A stretch of DNA of 64,000 nt, taken from assembly GCA_963703315.1 (NCBI GenBank), contig OY969811.1:416001-480000 (forward strand). Reading direction: 5' to 3'. Source of the stretch: an uncultured cyanobacterium. GTDB lineage: Bacteria > Cyanobacteriota > Cyanobacteriia > Pseudanabaenales > Pseudanabaenaceae. The translations under genes were made by a program, and so were the position numbers. A model generated the notes under the pieces. It made no database searches. It was given only the letters and a program-made list of their open reading frames with translations, and was not told where the DNA came from. Shown in pieces: positions 51,571 to 62,846 of the stretch (position 1 is its first letter; every line of letters starts with the position of its first letter).

Positions 51571-52713
51571 TTAGGAACGTCGAGAGGAAACCCATGAGAG
51601 TAAATGTGATAGCCAACCATGCTTTTGTGATATGGAAGATTTCTTAATAGCGGTTTTACTCCTGTTTCCTTTAGTAGCGCTACTTTGAGCAAGATCAGAT
51701 TCATTCAATTCCAAAATATGCTTTAGGGCTAGAGCCTCTTGCGGATTAATATAAAGCGATCGCTTAAAGCTCGCCTTCGCCATTTGGGGTTGATTCATAT
51801 TTGTGTAAACCACACCTAGCAGAGCCAGACATTTACTATTGTTCTCATCACTTCTCAATATTGAGCGCAAATCTTGAAGTGCCGCTTTCCAATTTCCCTG
51901 CAATATGTAGATTTCGCATACCTTTATGCGATCTTTAATCTCCTGATCCTCCTCCTCCTCTCTAGTCTGAATTATGGTTTCATCACTTTTACCTCTCCCC
52001 TGAAGGATAGTTTCATCGCTTTTACCTCTCATTTGAATTACGGTTTCATCAGACTTAGCTTGCAGATTGCTGATGTATTGTTCAGGTGAATACTGAAGGT
52101 TATATGTGTAGCTAGGTTTTGAGGGCGGCGGCAGAAAATTTTGGGTATGTGATTTAGTGCTTGTAGGAGTTAACAATGGTGCAAGTACTGGGGGCATATT
52201 CACTGCTCCATGTCGATATCCCTCTTTATAAAGAATGTACACCAGATTTAGTTCACTGATCTGCGCTGTAATATCCAGAATTTCGTTGAGCGATTGATAT
52301 TGCACTTTGGCGAGTTCCGTAACCAATCGCTCGTAAATATCATCGCTAGGAGTCATGATTAACTCACAAGCACTGTCCGAATGAATTTGGATATTCCGCG
52401 ATCTTTGCATTAAGCGTTTGGCTAGTAACTTAAATATCGCTTGATATGCCTTGCGATTCTGTTCATTCATCAGACCGTTATAGGCAGGATTGACCAATTT
52501 AGCCAGATATTGCGTGGCAATGATTTTCTCATCTGCCGAAAAGCCATAGACATCAGGATGCAAGATGCGGGCAATCCGCAAATATACATTACGAATGTAC
52601 ATAGGATTGCTAATGATTGGTAAACCCAAGGCAGCGTAATAGTCATGGTTGTACTGACCAATACCACGATCAAAGCGGATAAACTGAAGTTTTGAAACCT
52701 TGGACTGACTCAT
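51571..52713 (-). CDS. J-domain protein with C-terminal TPR
   Basis: DYYAALG...ARILHPD; TPR-like C-terminus. Confidence 0.8.
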   Translation of the reverse strand: MSQSKVSKLQFIRFDRGIGQYNHDYYAALGLPIISNPMYIRNVYLRIARILHPDVYGFSADEKIIATQYLAKLVNPAYNGLMNEQNRKAYQAIFKLLAKRLMQRSRNIQIHSDSACELIMTPSDDIYERLVTELAKVQYQSLNEILDITAQISELNLVYILYKEGYRHGAVNMPPVLAPLLTPTSTKSHTQNFLPPPSKPSYTYNLQYSPEQYISNLQAKSDETVIQMRGKSDETILQGRGKSDETIIQTREEEEDQEIKDRIKVCEIYILQGNWKAALQDLRSILRSDENNSKCLALLGVVYTNMNQPQMAKASFKRSLYINPQEALALKHILELNESDLAQSSATKGNRSKTAIKKSSISQKHGWLSHLLSWVSSRRS

Positions 52714-53000
52714 GTTTTCATGCTTTGTCCATGACTAAATGATGCTGGTGCGCTAAGTCAATTATATATACCAAATAAAGCCAAAAAAACAGAAAGATAT
52801 TTACTTTGACTTACTCAAAATCATAGCCTCTTCCATAGTAATGCAAGTTTTGCTTAGGACGTAAAACCCAAATAAATGGAGGCAGCGCAAAGCGCTGCCT
52901 CCATTTATTTGGGTTTTATCTAACAATAAAATCGGGTTTTCTAGGCATTTTTGCGTAACTCCTAATCAGTTAATATAGAGCGATCGCAAAAATTATAAAT

Positions 53001-54338
53001 ATGCAAATATCTTTAGCAAATCTATTAGAAGAATTGTCTGGCATTGAAATAATCACAAATCCTACGCAAGTTGCGAAACTTTCTGAAGATTATGCTCACT
53101 TTAGCCCAGTTCTTGTGCCACTACTAGCTAATAAAGTTGGGGATGTCGTAGTCCGTCCGAGTAACGAAAGCGAAGTTCTCCGAATTGCTAAAGCCTGTGT
53201 GAAATATCAAATTCCCCTGACGGTGCGTGGTAGTGGAACAGGGAACTATGGACAATGCACTCCACTCAAAGGTGGTGTGATTTTGGAAACTTCTCGACTG
53301 CAAGAAATTAAATGGATTAAAGCAGGACTTGCTTGTGTAGAAACAGGCGTAAAACTGGCAGCACTGGATAAAAAAGCTCAAGAAATTGGTTGGGAATCAC
53401 GCATGGTTCCTTCAACAGTACGCAGTGCAACCGTGGGTGGATTTATCGCAGGTGGTAGCGGTGGGATTGGCTCGGTGCTGTATGGACAACTGCGCGATCG
53501 CGGCAATTTGCGAGCCGTACGTGTAGTTACTCTCGAAGATGAACCGCGAATTATCGAACTACGCGGTGATGATGTGCAGAAGGTAGCTCATGCCTATGGA
53601 ACAAATGGCATCATTACCGAATTGGAAGTTCCCCTTGCGCCTGCCTATGGATGGGCAGAATTTATCGTTACATTTACTGATTTCATGACTGCGGCTAGAT
53701 TTGGGCAAGCCCTTGGCAATAGCGACGGCATCATCAAAAAGATGATTAGTGTCCATGCTGCGCCGATCCCTGATTATTTCACCGCTTTACAGAGTTATAT
53801 TCCTACAGGTTGCCATTGTGCTTTGGTGCTAGTTGCCGAAAGCGATCGCGAACCATTTCAGAGCCTTGTCCAAGAATTTAAGGGTGAGATTTGCTACGAG
53901 AAAAGCGCTCAGGACGCAGGTAAAGGAATTAGCCTAGTCGAATTTTCGTGGAATCATACTACTCTCCATGCCCGTGCTGCCGATCCTTCCCTTACCTATC
54001 TGCAAAGTCTATTTCTCAACGATCCCAAATTGGAACTTGTGCAGAGAATGCATGATTATTTTGGTGATGAAGTGATTATGCATTTGGAATTTATCAAAGT
54101 AAATGGAGTTGTGATTCCTGCGGCGATTCAAATTGTACGTTTCACGACGGGCGATCGCCTGAATGAGATCATTGAATACCATGAGTTGCAGGGCGTATTT
54201 ATTGCCAATCCCCACACCTATATTCTCGAAGATGGCGGCATGAAAACCATTGATTACGATCAGCTAAACTTCAAGCGCATGGTTGATCCCTACGGTTTGA
54301 TGAACCCTGACAAAATGAGAGGCTGGCAAACTAAATAA
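53001..54338 (+). CDS. FAD-binding oxidoreductase (FAD_binding_4)
   Basis: RGSGTGNYGQ, ATVGGFIAGG and DPYGLMNP. Confidence 0.88.
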   Translation: MQISLANLLEELSGIEIITNPTQVAKLSEDYAHFSPVLVPLLANKVGDVVVRPSNESEVLRIAKACVKYQIPLTVRGSGTGNYGQCTPLKGGVILETSRLQEIKWIKAGLACVETGVKLAALDKKAQEIGWESRMVPSTVRSATVGGFIAGGSGGIGSVLYGQLRDRGNLRAVRVVTLEDEPRIIELRGDDVQKVAHAYGTNGIITELEVPLAPAYGWAEFIVTFTDFMTAARFGQALGNSDGIIKKMISVHAAPIPDYFTALQSYIPTGCHCALVLVAESDREPFQSLVQEFKGEICYEKSAQDAGKGISLVEFSWNHTTLHARAADPSLTYLQSLFLNDPKLELVQRMHDYFGDEVIMHLEFIKVNGVVIPAAIQIVRFTTGDRLNEIIEYHELQGVFIANPHTYILEDGGMKTIDYDQLNFKRMVDPYGLMNPDKMRGWQTK

Positions 54339-54389
54339 TCAAAGGTGACGCTTTGCGTCACCTTTGATAGGCGATCGCAAGTTAAACTA

Positions 54390-54407
54390 TTTACATAACT
54401 TTACAAT
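54390..54407 (+). promoter_or_regulatory. Putative HLR1 (RpaB-binding) motif
   Basis: TTTACATA-ac-TTTACAAT fits the (G/T)TTACA(T/A)(T/A)-N2 direct-repeat consensus. Confidence 0.55.
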
Positions 54408-54426
54408 GTATTTAAATTGAGTTGCT

Positions 54427-55845
54427 ATGACTGCCAATACTTTACTGAAAGATGAGCCTAAACCTGATGATGCCCAGCGATCGCAAATTTTGCCTGCGGG
54501 TGGACAAGATCCTGAGCGCTTTGATTGGCAAGAAGTTTGGTATCCCGTTTTTTACATTGAAGATTTAGACAAAACTAAACCTGCCAAATTTACTCTACTA
54601 GAGCGTGATTTGGTGATTTGGTGGGATCGCCATACAAACTCATGGAAAGCTTTTGACGATCGCTGTCCCCATCGGTTAGTACCTCTATCGGAAGGCAGAA
54701 TTGCCGAAGATGGCTTATTGGAATGTCCCTATCACGGTTGGGCATTTCAAGGTGATGGAAGTTGCGATCGCATTCCTCAACAGCCTGAAAATGGTACGGC
54801 TCACCTCTCACAACGGGCTTGCGTAAAGTCTCTGCCCACCACCGAGCGTCAAGGTTTATTATTTGTCTACGCTGGTAAACCTGAAAATGCACCCCATGTC
54901 AAAGTTCCCATTGTCGAACCTCTAGAAACTGATACCGAGAAATGGACTCTATTCGGAACCTTTCGCGATTTACCCTACGATGCGATTACTCTTTTAGAAA
55001 ATGTTCTCGATGCCAGTCATCTTCCATTTACCCATCACAAATCTGTTGGTAATCGCGCTAATGCCGCACCAATGGTTTTAGAAGTTCTCGAAACTGATAA
55101 GCATGGTTTTACAGGAACTTGGGAAGAAGGTCCCAGACGTGGCAAATTAGGAAGGCAGGATACAACTTTTGTTGCACCGTCGCTTATGTGGCATGACCTC
55201 ACATCTAAGCAATTTGGGCGCACTATGACTGTGGTATATGCCACACCCACCCGTAAAGGTGAATGTCGGATGTTTGCGCGATTTCCGTTTCAATTCAATT
55301 CCGCAATTCCTCGATTTTTTATTGGGATTACTCCCCGTTGGTATTCGCATATTGGACAAAATGGAATCTTAGAAGATGACCAGATTTTTCTCCATTATCA
55401 AGAACGTTATCTCGAACAAGCTCTTAAGCAAGATAATAATCAAAACTATGCTAAAGCTTTCTATTTAGCAACCCCAGCCGATACTTATGTTTCCGAATTG
55501 CGGAAATGGGTAAATCGCTATGAAGCCGATCCCTTTGTGGATAAACGATTAGCTGCACCTTTATCGAAGGAAGTTCTCTTAGAGCGCTATCATTCCCATA
55601 CTTCTAAATGTGCAAGTTGCAGTCAAGCTTTGCGAAATGTCCGTAAGCTTAAGACTATTAGTTTAGCGATCGCCGCGATCTCATGGACAGTCACGCCGTT
55701 AATCAGTTACTTTGTCCCAGCTAATTTAATTGTGATTTTGCTTGGTTCGATTACGGCGGCGATCGCGATTATTGTATGGCTAATCTGCAATAACCTAGAA
55801 CGTAAATTCATTTATGGACAAGAAACTCCATTACGCAATTTATAG
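54427..55845 (+). CDS. Rieske oxygenase, pheophorbide a oxygenase (PaO)-like
   Basis: CPHR...CPYHGW, ENVLDASHLPFTH and RYHSHT..C.SC. Confidence 0.88.
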   Translation: MTANTLLKDEPKPDDAQRSQILPAGGQDPERFDWQEVWYPVFYIEDLDKTKPAKFTLLERDLVIWWDRHTNSWKAFDDRCPHRLVPLSEGRIAEDGLLECPYHGWAFQGDGSCDRIPQQPENGTAHLSQRACVKSLPTTERQGLLFVYAGKPENAPHVKVPIVEPLETDTEKWTLFGTFRDLPYDAITLLENVLDASHLPFTHHKSVGNRANAAPMVLEVLETDKHGFTGTWEEGPRRGKLGRQDTTFVAPSLMWHDLTSKQFGRTMTVVYATPTRKGECRMFARFPFQFNSAIPRFFIGITPRWYSHIGQNGILEDDQIFLHYQERYLEQALKQDNNQNYAKAFYLATPADTYVSELRKWVNRYEADPFVDKRLAAPLSKEVLLERYHSHTSKCASCSQALRNVRKLKTISLAIAAISWTVTPLISYFVPANLIVILLGSITAAIAIIVWLICNNLERKFIYGQETPLRNL

Positions 55846-56014
55846 CTGTCGCCACCCCATAAGCGAGAGCTATAAAACCATACGATAGGGGGGACGTGAT
55901 GCAACCATCAATCTTATATACTGGCGATTGCAGAATGAGTGGCGGCGCATTGCGCCACCACTCGCTTCTTGGTTTGCTATATCTTCTAAATTTTGAGAAT
56001 AATTAGGGAAAACT

Positions 56015-56566
56015 ATGATTAAACTCTATGGTGGCGCGAGAAGTCGTGCCTCAATCGTTAAATGGTATCTCGAAGAATTGCAAGCTCCCTATGAATTTCA
56101 GTTGCTTGATATGAAAGAGGGTGAACATCTAAAACCTGAATTCTTAGCAATTAATCCCTTTGGCAAAGTTCCTGCAATCAATGATGATGGCTTGATCCTA
56201 TGGGAATCTGGAGCAATTATGCTTTACCTTGCCGAAAAATATAGCGAGGTAAAGACTTTAGAAGCAAGAGCGATCGCTTCTCAATGGGTATTGTTTGCTA
56301 ACTCTACATTGGCTACTGGCTTATTTGTTGCCGAAAGTCGCGAGAAAGAAACACCCCGTTTGCTAGATGGCTTAAACAAGATTCTCGAAAACAAGTCCTA
56401 TATTACTGGTGAAAACTTCACGGTATCAGATGTGGCAATTGGTTCGATTCTGGGCTATGCGATCATGATGCTGCAAATGTCCTATGCTGACTATCCTGCG
56501 ATCGATGCGTACATGAAACGAATTAGCGATCGCCCCGCTTACAAAAAAGCAATTTTAGGCATCTAG
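56015..56566 (+). CDS. Glutathione S-transferase
   Basis: SRA, INPFGKVP and LWESGAI. Confidence 0.92.
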   Translation: MIKLYGGARSRASIVKWYLEELQAPYEFQLLDMKEGEHLKPEFLAINPFGKVPAINDDGLILWESGAIMLYLAEKYSEVKTLEARAIASQWVLFANSTLATGLFVAESREKETPRLLDGLNKILENKSYITGENFTVSDVAIGSILGYAIMMLQMSYADYPAIDAYMKRISDRPAYKKAILGI

Positions 56567-56616
56567 AGTTTTTGCCGCCCGCGTAGCGGGCGGTAAAAGC
56601 TTCTAGATAAATGCGT

Positions 56617-56652
56617 AAAAAAAGAGGGGGCGCATTGCGCCCCCTCTTTTTT
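56617..56652. terminator. Bidirectional terminator
   Basis: A7-gagggggcgc-att-gcgccccctc-T6. Confidence 0.85.
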
Positions 56653-56660
56653 ATGGAAAG

Positions 56661-56780
56661 TTAGCTGGCAGAGCCAAGACCAACATAGGAACCATAAAAG
56701 AAAAGACCGACAACAACTAGTACACCAGTACCAGCAACAGTTGCAACTAGCCAAAGCGGAATGCGTCCATTTTGAAGCAT
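56661..56780 (-). CDS. psbJ: Photosystem II protein J
   Basis: [17 protein letters not shown]...[13 protein letters not shown]. Confidence 0.95.
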   Translation of the reverse strand: MLQNGRIPLWLVATVAGTGVLVVVGLFFYGSYVGLGSAS

Positions 56781-56878
56781 GAATTTAAACCTCCAGAGAA
56801 AATGATTTTATGAAATGAATTACTATGTGACTTAAATCATGTTTAGAAATGATTTACATCTACAAAAAAATTTAGTAC

Positions 56879-56995
56879 TTAGTTGAAGAAATAGCTGGAA
56901 AATAACAAAACAGTTACGAAAATGAGTAATAGTCCCAAGAAGAGAGAAGTACGATTTAACTCTACAGGTTGGCTATTTGGATTTTTAGGAGCCAT
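56879..56995 (-). CDS. psbL: Photosystem II protein L
   Basis: [20 protein letters not shown]...FSSYFFN. Confidence 0.95.
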   Translation of the reverse strand: MAPKNPNSQPVELNRTSLFLGLLLIFVTVLLFSSYFFN

Positions 56996-57049
56996 AAGTA
57001 AATAGTTTTCTTGTATTTGTTTCTAGATTGCGTCTTGAATGAAAAAGAA

Positions 57050-57184
57050 TTAGCGGCTAATGAATTGCATTGCTGCGATCGCGCCGATAAAAAACACGGT
57101 AGGAACGCCTAAACCGTGAACTGCTAGCCAACGGAAAGTAAATACGGGATATTGAACGGGTTGGTTAGGATTGTTGCTTGCCAT
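57050..57184 (-). CDS. psbF: Cytochrome b559 beta subunit
   Basis: [31 protein letters not shown]. Confidence 0.96.
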   Translation of the reverse strand: MASNNPNQPVQYPVFTFRWLAVHGLGVPTVFFIGAIAAMQFISR

Positions 57185-57270
57185 AGTTGATGAGTAAAGT
57201 TTTGCAGTGTGTTAATGCGTTTAACAGAATGAACGGAGCTTTGCAATATTGGAAGTGAAATAATTAGGAG

Positions 57271-57516
57271 TTATTTCCCAGTTGCGGAAATTTCTGCGTC
57301 AACATTGTAGCGATCGTTCAAGATGGGAGCTGTTTGGCGTTCTTGAGAGTAGTATTCGTTGGGGCGTGGTGTGCCAAATACGTCATAAGCCAAACCTGTG
57401 CTTACAAATAACCAACCTGCTAAAAACAAAGCAGGGATGGTGAGGCTATGAATTAGCCAATAACGAACGCTAGTAATAATGTCGGAAAATGGGCGTTCTC
57501 CAGTAGTACCTGCCAT
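57271..57516 (-). CDS. psbE: Cytochrome b559 alpha subunit
   Basis: [19 protein letters not shown]. Confidence 0.97.
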   Translation of the reverse strand: MAGTTGERPFSDIITSVRYWLIHSLTIPALFLAGWLFVSTGLAYDVFGTPRPNEYYSQERQTAPILNDRYNVDAEISATGK

Positions 57517-57737
57517 AACAGTCCTCTAAATGTGTAATGTCTAAAATCTTTATTTTAAATAATAATTTACTATTGTACCAAGTTGCGATCGCGGAGCTAA
57601 AACAATACCTCCATTAATTCTAAATATTTTATGAGAGTGCGCCCAAAGGGGCGCACTCTCATAAAATATTTAGATGAGTGACATATCTTTTGACATATCT
57701 ACAGGTTGTCTACAACTGAGTAGGCGATCGCCCAAAC

Positions 57738-57969
57738 TCACATAATTTCTTCAGCCAAGAGCTTACCCTTGACCCGTTTATACTCATTTTCCAGAAACCA
57801 TTCTTGGGCGGCTTGATAGTTGGAGTGAGAAACTACAAGTTTGTAATCTGCGGCAGGATTAAAAATATTACATCAGAATTTTCGGTAAAAAAGGGACTGG
57901 ATTAACCCAAAGTTCGATAAATTTCCAAGTCTTAGCCTGGTTTTCGAGGGCTGGTGCGAGGGATTGCAT
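57738..57969 (-). pseudogene. Frameshifted duplicate of 58476-58733
   Basis: High identity with a 26-bp internal deletion. Confidence 0.85.
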
Positions 57970-58058
57970 TATTTTTGTTTTTGGTGAATAGGCGATCGCT
58001 GAGAGTAATTGATTCAGGCTATAATCACCTTGAAACTTTGCGCTAGAAGAGTCTCTCT

Positions 58059-58313
58059 ATGTCAATAGTTGTTACCCTTAATCCCAAATTAGAAGCATTG
58101 CTCCACCGCAGAGCCGCAAAACAAGGTCAAGATATTAATTCTATTGCATCCGAATTATTAGCGAGTATTTTAGATTGGGAAGAAAAAGACTCTGAGGAAG
58201 CTATTAAGGGCATTCAAAAAGGACTAGATGATTTTGAGTCAGGACGATATCGGTCTTTTCAAGATTTTGCTGAAGAACAACGCCATAAGTACAATCTGCC
58301 AGCCAATTCATGA
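58059..58313 (+). CDS. Putative antitoxin (ParD-like/RHH)
   Basis: AIKGIQKGLDDFESGRYRSF; ATGA overlap with a toxin remnant; TATAAT at 58020. Confidence 0.7.
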   Translation: MSIVVTLNPKLEALLHRRAAKQGQDINSIASELLASILDWEEKDSEEAIKGIQKGLDDFESGRYRSFQDFAEEQRHKYNLPANS

Positions 58314-58430
58314 ACTACCGCATCGAAATCTCAAGTATTGCTGAAGCTGATAGTGCTTTTTTACGACCTTCATATTCGCCACGCATACCAGCAAACAATT
58401 GGGGAAGATCTAGAATCAGGCGCAACTTAG
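58310..58430 (+). pseudogene. RelE/ParE-type toxin remnant with large internal deletion
   Basis: MNYRIEISSIAEADSAFL then LHIRHA in another frame. Confidence 0.65.
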
Positions 58431-58475
58431 GCGATCGCCTTACTTTAATTTTTATGAATAGGCGATCGCCCAAAC

Positions 58476-58733
58476 TCACATAATTTCTCCAGCCAAGAGC
58501 TTACCCTTGACCCGTTCATATTCATCTTCCAGAAACCACTCTTGGGCTGCTTGATAATTCGAGTGAGAGACTACCAACTTGTAATCTGCGGCAGGATTAA
58601 AGACATTGCATTTGCCATCATGATCACCAATAAGCATCAGGATTTTAGGTGGAAAAGGAATTGGATCAACCCAAAGTTCGATAAATTTCCAAGTTTTAGC
58701 CTGTTTTTCGAGATCTGGTGCGAGGGATTGCAT
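58476..58733 (-). CDS. Small hypothetical protein
   Basis: Intact ORF; duplicated nearby as a pseudogene. Confidence 0.7.
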   Translation of the reverse strand: MQSLAPDLEKQAKTWKFIELWVDPIPFPPKILMLIGDHDGKCNVFNPAADYKLVVSHSNYQAAQEWFLEDEYERVKGKLLAGEIM

Positions 58734-58823
58734 AATAATCACTCATGTTTTCTGTTCGGAAATTGAATCATTAATTCCTACCAGCAGACAATCTCAAAAA
58801 AAGAGATAAACCTATGAAGAATA

Positions 58824-59339
58824 TTAATTTGCGTCTGGCTCCCAACCCATTTTAAATGTACCGATGTTGTGATCCCAAATTGATTTGTGAATAGGAGAGC
58901 CAGTTACTTGCCGTGTAAACTTTTGTTGTTCACCCTCTGACACAAGTATACGTTTGTGATCTTCAAATCGATATAAATTCGGTTCGCGCCAAAAAATTGT
59001 CTCCAAGCAACTTGTTGGGTCAGTCTCTACCCTCAAATCCGAAACGTGTCTTGCTTCAAGATAAGGATTATGTCCACATATTATGATTCCACTAGAAATT
59101 TCTGCTCGGTATGGGTTATTAGAAGGTCGTTTCGCATAACTTGCAAGCTCAGACACAGTTGAATTCAAAACGGCATATAACAACTCAACAGAACTTGAAA
59201 CACGATCTTCTGACCATTGAGGTGGCAGGATACAAACGATACGGTCTGCTAATGCTGCTGCATCATTTGCCCATTCCCAAGTAACGAGCCAAGCTTTCAT
59301 CAAAACACCTGAGCAATGATGATGTAAACATTTTATCAA
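58824..59339 (-). CDS. Hypothetical protein (start possibly MKAWLVTW)
   Basis: 171-aa ORF with no recognised motif. Confidence 0.6.
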   Translation of the reverse strand: MIKCLHHHCSGVLMKAWLVTWEWANDAAALADRIVCILPPQWSEDRVSSSVELLYAVLNSTVSELASYAKRPSNNPYRAEISSGIIICGHNPYLEARHVSDLRVETDPTSCLETIFWREPNLYRFEDHKRILVSEGEQQKFTRQVTGSPIHKSIWDHNIGTFKMGWEPDAN

Positions 59340-59801
59340 AAAACTATAAAAATATATAAATTTTTTCTCTAAAAGTTATCACAGTCAACAAAATATTTTA
59401 AAGACAATATCGTCAGTAAGTAAATGTAAGTATGCCATTTTAGCGATCAATTAACCTCACTCTTACAAGTAACCATAGTAAATAAGTAATGATTAACTAG
59501 GTAAGGTTAGATTAGAATCTATAATCACGATAAAATAATATATTGATAAAACCACTAATTTGCTAGTTTTTCTCACAAACTCAAGCCTCAACATGACGAT
59601 ATACTGAGAACCATCAAGGTATATCTACTTAATTAACATAACTAATAGAGTCATTTGCTGAAGCAATCGCTCAACCAGTGACTTAAAATAACAAAGATTT
59701 GGGATTTGTCGCGCTTAGCACAACAGATCCTAAATAACTAGCAAAAACTAGCACCACTAGCCAAAGCAACAGTTTACAGAGTAAAGAGGCGATCGCAAAT
59801 C

Positions 59802-60983
59802 ATGGTGATGATTGAAACCAAAGCCGAACGCATGGTCATAAATATGGGACCTCACCACCCATCCATGCACGGCGTTCTTAGACTTATCGTCACGCTAGAC
59901 GGCGAAAACGTAGTCGATTGCGAACCTGTTTTAGGTTACTTGCATCGCTCCATGGAAAAAATCGCTGAAAACCGCACGATTATCCAATATTTGCCCTACG
60001 TGACCCGATGGGATTACCTCGCGACCATGTTCACCGAGGCAATCACCGTCAATGCCCCCGAAAAACTAGCCAATGTGCCAGTGCCGCGACGCGCCAGCTA
60101 CATTCGGATGATCATGCTAGAACTTAGCCGCATCGCCTCTCACCTACTGTGGCTCGGCACATTCGTCGCAGATATCGGCGCACAAACCCCATTTTTCTAC
60201 GTCTTCCGCGAACGGGAAATGATCTATGATCTGTTCGAGGCAGCAACAGGGATGCGGATGATGCATAACTATTTCCGCATCGGGGGCGTTGCCGCTGACC
60301 TACCCTATGGTTGGATCGAGAAATGTGAAGATTTTTGCAATTACTTCACCCCTGTTATTGACGAATACGAAAAATTAATTACCAATAACCCGATCTTCCG
60401 TAAACGGATTGAAGGCTTAGGCACAATTACCCGCGATGAAGCCATTAACTGGGGCTTGTCAGGACCTATGTTGCGCGGTTCAGGTGTAAAACTCGATTTG
60501 CGTAAAGTCGATCACTACGAACTTTACGATGAACTCGATTGGGATGTGCAGTGGGACAACGGCGGCGACTGTTTAGCTCGTTATTTGGTGCGCGTCCGTG
60601 AAATGCGCGAATCCACCAAAATGATCCTGCAATGTCTCAAGCAAATTCCGGGAGGATCTTACGAGAACCTTGAAGCACAGCGCGTTCTGGCGGGACCTAA
60701 GAGCGAATGGAACTCGATGGACTATCAGTTTATTAGCAAAAAACCATCTCCCACCTTCAAGGTTGCGGCTGGCGAGCATTATGTCCGCGTCGAAGCGCCC
60801 AAGGGTGAACTGGGTGTCTATATCATTGGTGAAGATAGCGTCTTCCCTTGGCGTTTCAAGATTCGTCCACCTGGATTTATCAATTTACAGATTTTGCCTG
60901 AACTGGTGCGCGGCATGAAGCTTGCTGACATCATGGCAATCTTAGGAAGTGTGGACATTATTATGGGTGAGGTCGATCGCTAA
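59802..60983 (+). CDS. ndhH: NDH-1 subunit H
   Basis: [15 protein letters not shown] and DIIMGEVDR. Confidence 0.97.
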   Translation: MVMIETKAERMVINMGPHHPSMHGVLRLIVTLDGENVVDCEPVLGYLHRSMEKIAENRTIIQYLPYVTRWDYLATMFTEAITVNAPEKLANVPVPRRASYIRMIMLELSRIASHLLWLGTFVADIGAQTPFFYVFREREMIYDLFEAATGMRMMHNYFRIGGVAADLPYGWIEKCEDFCNYFTPVIDEYEKLITNNPIFRKRIEGLGTITRDEAINWGLSGPMLRGSGVKLDLRKVDHYELYDELDWDVQWDNGGDCLARYLVRVREMRESTKMILQCLKQIPGGSYENLEAQRVLAGPKSEWNSMDYQFISKKPSPTFKVAAGEHYVRVEAPKGELGVYIIGEDSVFPWRFKIRPPGFINLQILPELVRGMKLADIMAILGSVDIIMGEVDR

Positions 60984-62101
60984 TGTACGGTGGAATTGAT
61001 TTACAAAGATCTTTAATTGAAATCCTGACAGGGCTGGGCTTACCCGCCGATGTCGCCAAAGTAATTTGGATGTTATTGCCAATGGCAGTAATGGTTTTAG
61101 GCGTAACTGTAGGCGCACTCGTCTGCACATGGCTAGAGCGGAAAATCTCTGCCGCCGCTCAACAACGGATTGGTCCCGAATATGCGGGCCCATTTGGTTT
61201 ACTAATTCCCCTTGCCGACGTTGGTAAACTCTTAATTAAGCAAGGCACGATCCCTGCTAAAGCCGATCCCTTGCTCTACACGATTGGACCTGCCCTAGTA
61301 TTTACATCTGTTTTCCTTTGCTATTTAGTGATCCCCTTTGGTCAGAATATGATCATTTCGGATATCGGCACAGGCGTATTTTTTATCATTGCTATTTCTA
61401 GCGTTGCGCCTATCGGTTTACTGATGGCAGGTTATTCTTCTAACAACAAATACTCGCTGCTTGGTGGGTTACGCGCTGCCGCACAGTCGATTAGTTACGA
61501 AATTCCTCTAGCATTAGCAGTGCTTGCGATCGCCTTGATGACCAATGGACTTAGCACCATTGATATTGTTAATCAGCAAGCCGAGTACGGAATTTTGTCT
61601 TGGAATATTTGGCGACAACCGATTGGCTTTGTAATCTTCATCATTGCGGCTTTGGCGGAATGTGAACGCTTACCCTTTGACTTGCCAGAAGCAGAAGAAG
61701 AACTCGTTGCAGGTTATCAAACCGAATACTCAGGGATCAGGTTCGCCTTTTTCTATGGCGGTTCCTACGCTAACCTTTTGCTCGCTGGTTTACTTGCATC
61801 GATTCTTTACCTCGGCGGCTGGGAATTGCCTTTCCCTATTGACAGAATTAGCGATGCTTTGGGAATTCAACCAAATACAGCTTGGTGGGAAGTTCTAGCA
61901 GCTTTCATTGGTTTAACTGCCACCCTAGTTAAAACCTATGCCTTCATCTTCTTTGCAATCCTGTTACGTTGGACAGTTCCCCGCGTGCGGATCGACCAAT
62001 TGCTAGATTTGGGCTGGAAATTTTTACTGCCCATCGGATTGGCTAATCTTTTGATTACCGCCGCTTTGAAACTAGCTTTCCCCTTTGCGTTTGGTGGATA
62101 A
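60983..62101 (+). CDS. ndhA: NDH-1 subunit A
   Basis: [16 protein letters not shown] and [14 protein letters not shown]. Confidence 0.97.
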   Translation: MYGGIDLQRSLIEILTGLGLPADVAKVIWMLLPMAVMVLGVTVGALVCTWLERKISAAAQQRIGPEYAGPFGLLIPLADVGKLLIKQGTIPAKADPLLYTIGPALVFTSVFLCYLVIPFGQNMIISDIGTGVFFIIAISSVAPIGLLMAGYSSNNKYSLLGGLRAAAQSISYEIPLALAVLAIALMTNGLSTIDIVNQQAEYGILSWNIWRQPIGFVIFIIAALAECERLPFDLPEAEEELVAGYQTEYSGIRFAFFYGGSYANLLLAGLLASILYLGGWELPFPIDRISDALGIQPNTAWWEVLAAFIGLTATLVKTYAFIFFAILLRWTVPRVRIDQLLDLGWKFLLPIGLANLLITAALKLAFPFAFGG

Positions 62102-62186
62102 GCCCTCACCCCTAGCCCCTCTCCCAGAGGGAGAGGGGGACAAGATTTTTGAATTTAAAGCAGAAACTTAAAACCCAATTACCACA

Positions 62187-62774
62187 ATGCTGAAATTTCT
62201 TAGTAAAGTTGGTGAATACACCAAAGAAGCAGTCCAAGCGGCGAAATATATCGGACAAGGGATGTCAGTAACCTTTGACCATATGCGCCGCCGTCCAATT
62301 ACGGTGCAGTATCCTTACGAAAAGTTGATTCCTTCTGAGCGCTTTCGCGGACGCATTCACTTTGAGTTTGATAAGTGCATTTCCTGTGAAGTTTGTGTGC
62401 GCGTATGTCCGATTAATTTGCCTGTAGTGGATTGGACATTCAACACCGAAATCAAGAAAAAGGAACTCAAGAGTTATAGCATCGACTTTGGAGTATGTAT
62501 TTTTTGTGGTAACTGTGTGGAATACTGCCCCACTAATGCCCTATCCATGACTGAAGAATACGATCTGTCCACCTTCGATCGCCACGAATTGAACTTTGAT
62601 AGCGTTGCCCTCGGACGGATGCCGACCAAAGTTACGGAAGATCCTTTTGTGACACCAATTCGTGAGTTGGCTTACTTGCCTAAGGGTGTGATTGAGGGAC
62701 ATGAAGTACCACATACCGCCAAGCGTGCAGGTCAGCGACCTGAAGAAATTGCTGAAACTTCTGAAGAAAAATAA
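62187..62774 (+). CDS. ndhI: NDH-1 subunit I
   Basis: Two CxxCxxCxxxCP motifs. Confidence 0.97.
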   Translation: MLKFLSKVGEYTKEAVQAAKYIGQGMSVTFDHMRRRPITVQYPYEKLIPSERFRGRIHFEFDKCISCEVCVRVCPINLPVVDWTFNTEIKKKELKSYSIDFGVCIFCGNCVEYCPTNALSMTEEYDLSTFDRHELNFDSVALGRMPTKVTEDPFVTPIRELAYLPKGVIEGHEVPHTAKRAGQRPEEIAETSEEK

Positions 62775-62846
62775 CTAAATTAATAAAGATGCTACGCATC
62801 TTTTTAATTTAGTTTTTAAGATTAGGACTAATAAAGGAAATTTAGA

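Noticed and set aside
59340..59800. AT-rich gap upstream of ndhH as an ncRNA
   Set aside because: No convincing structure or ORF was seen; it is consistent with a divergent promoter region.
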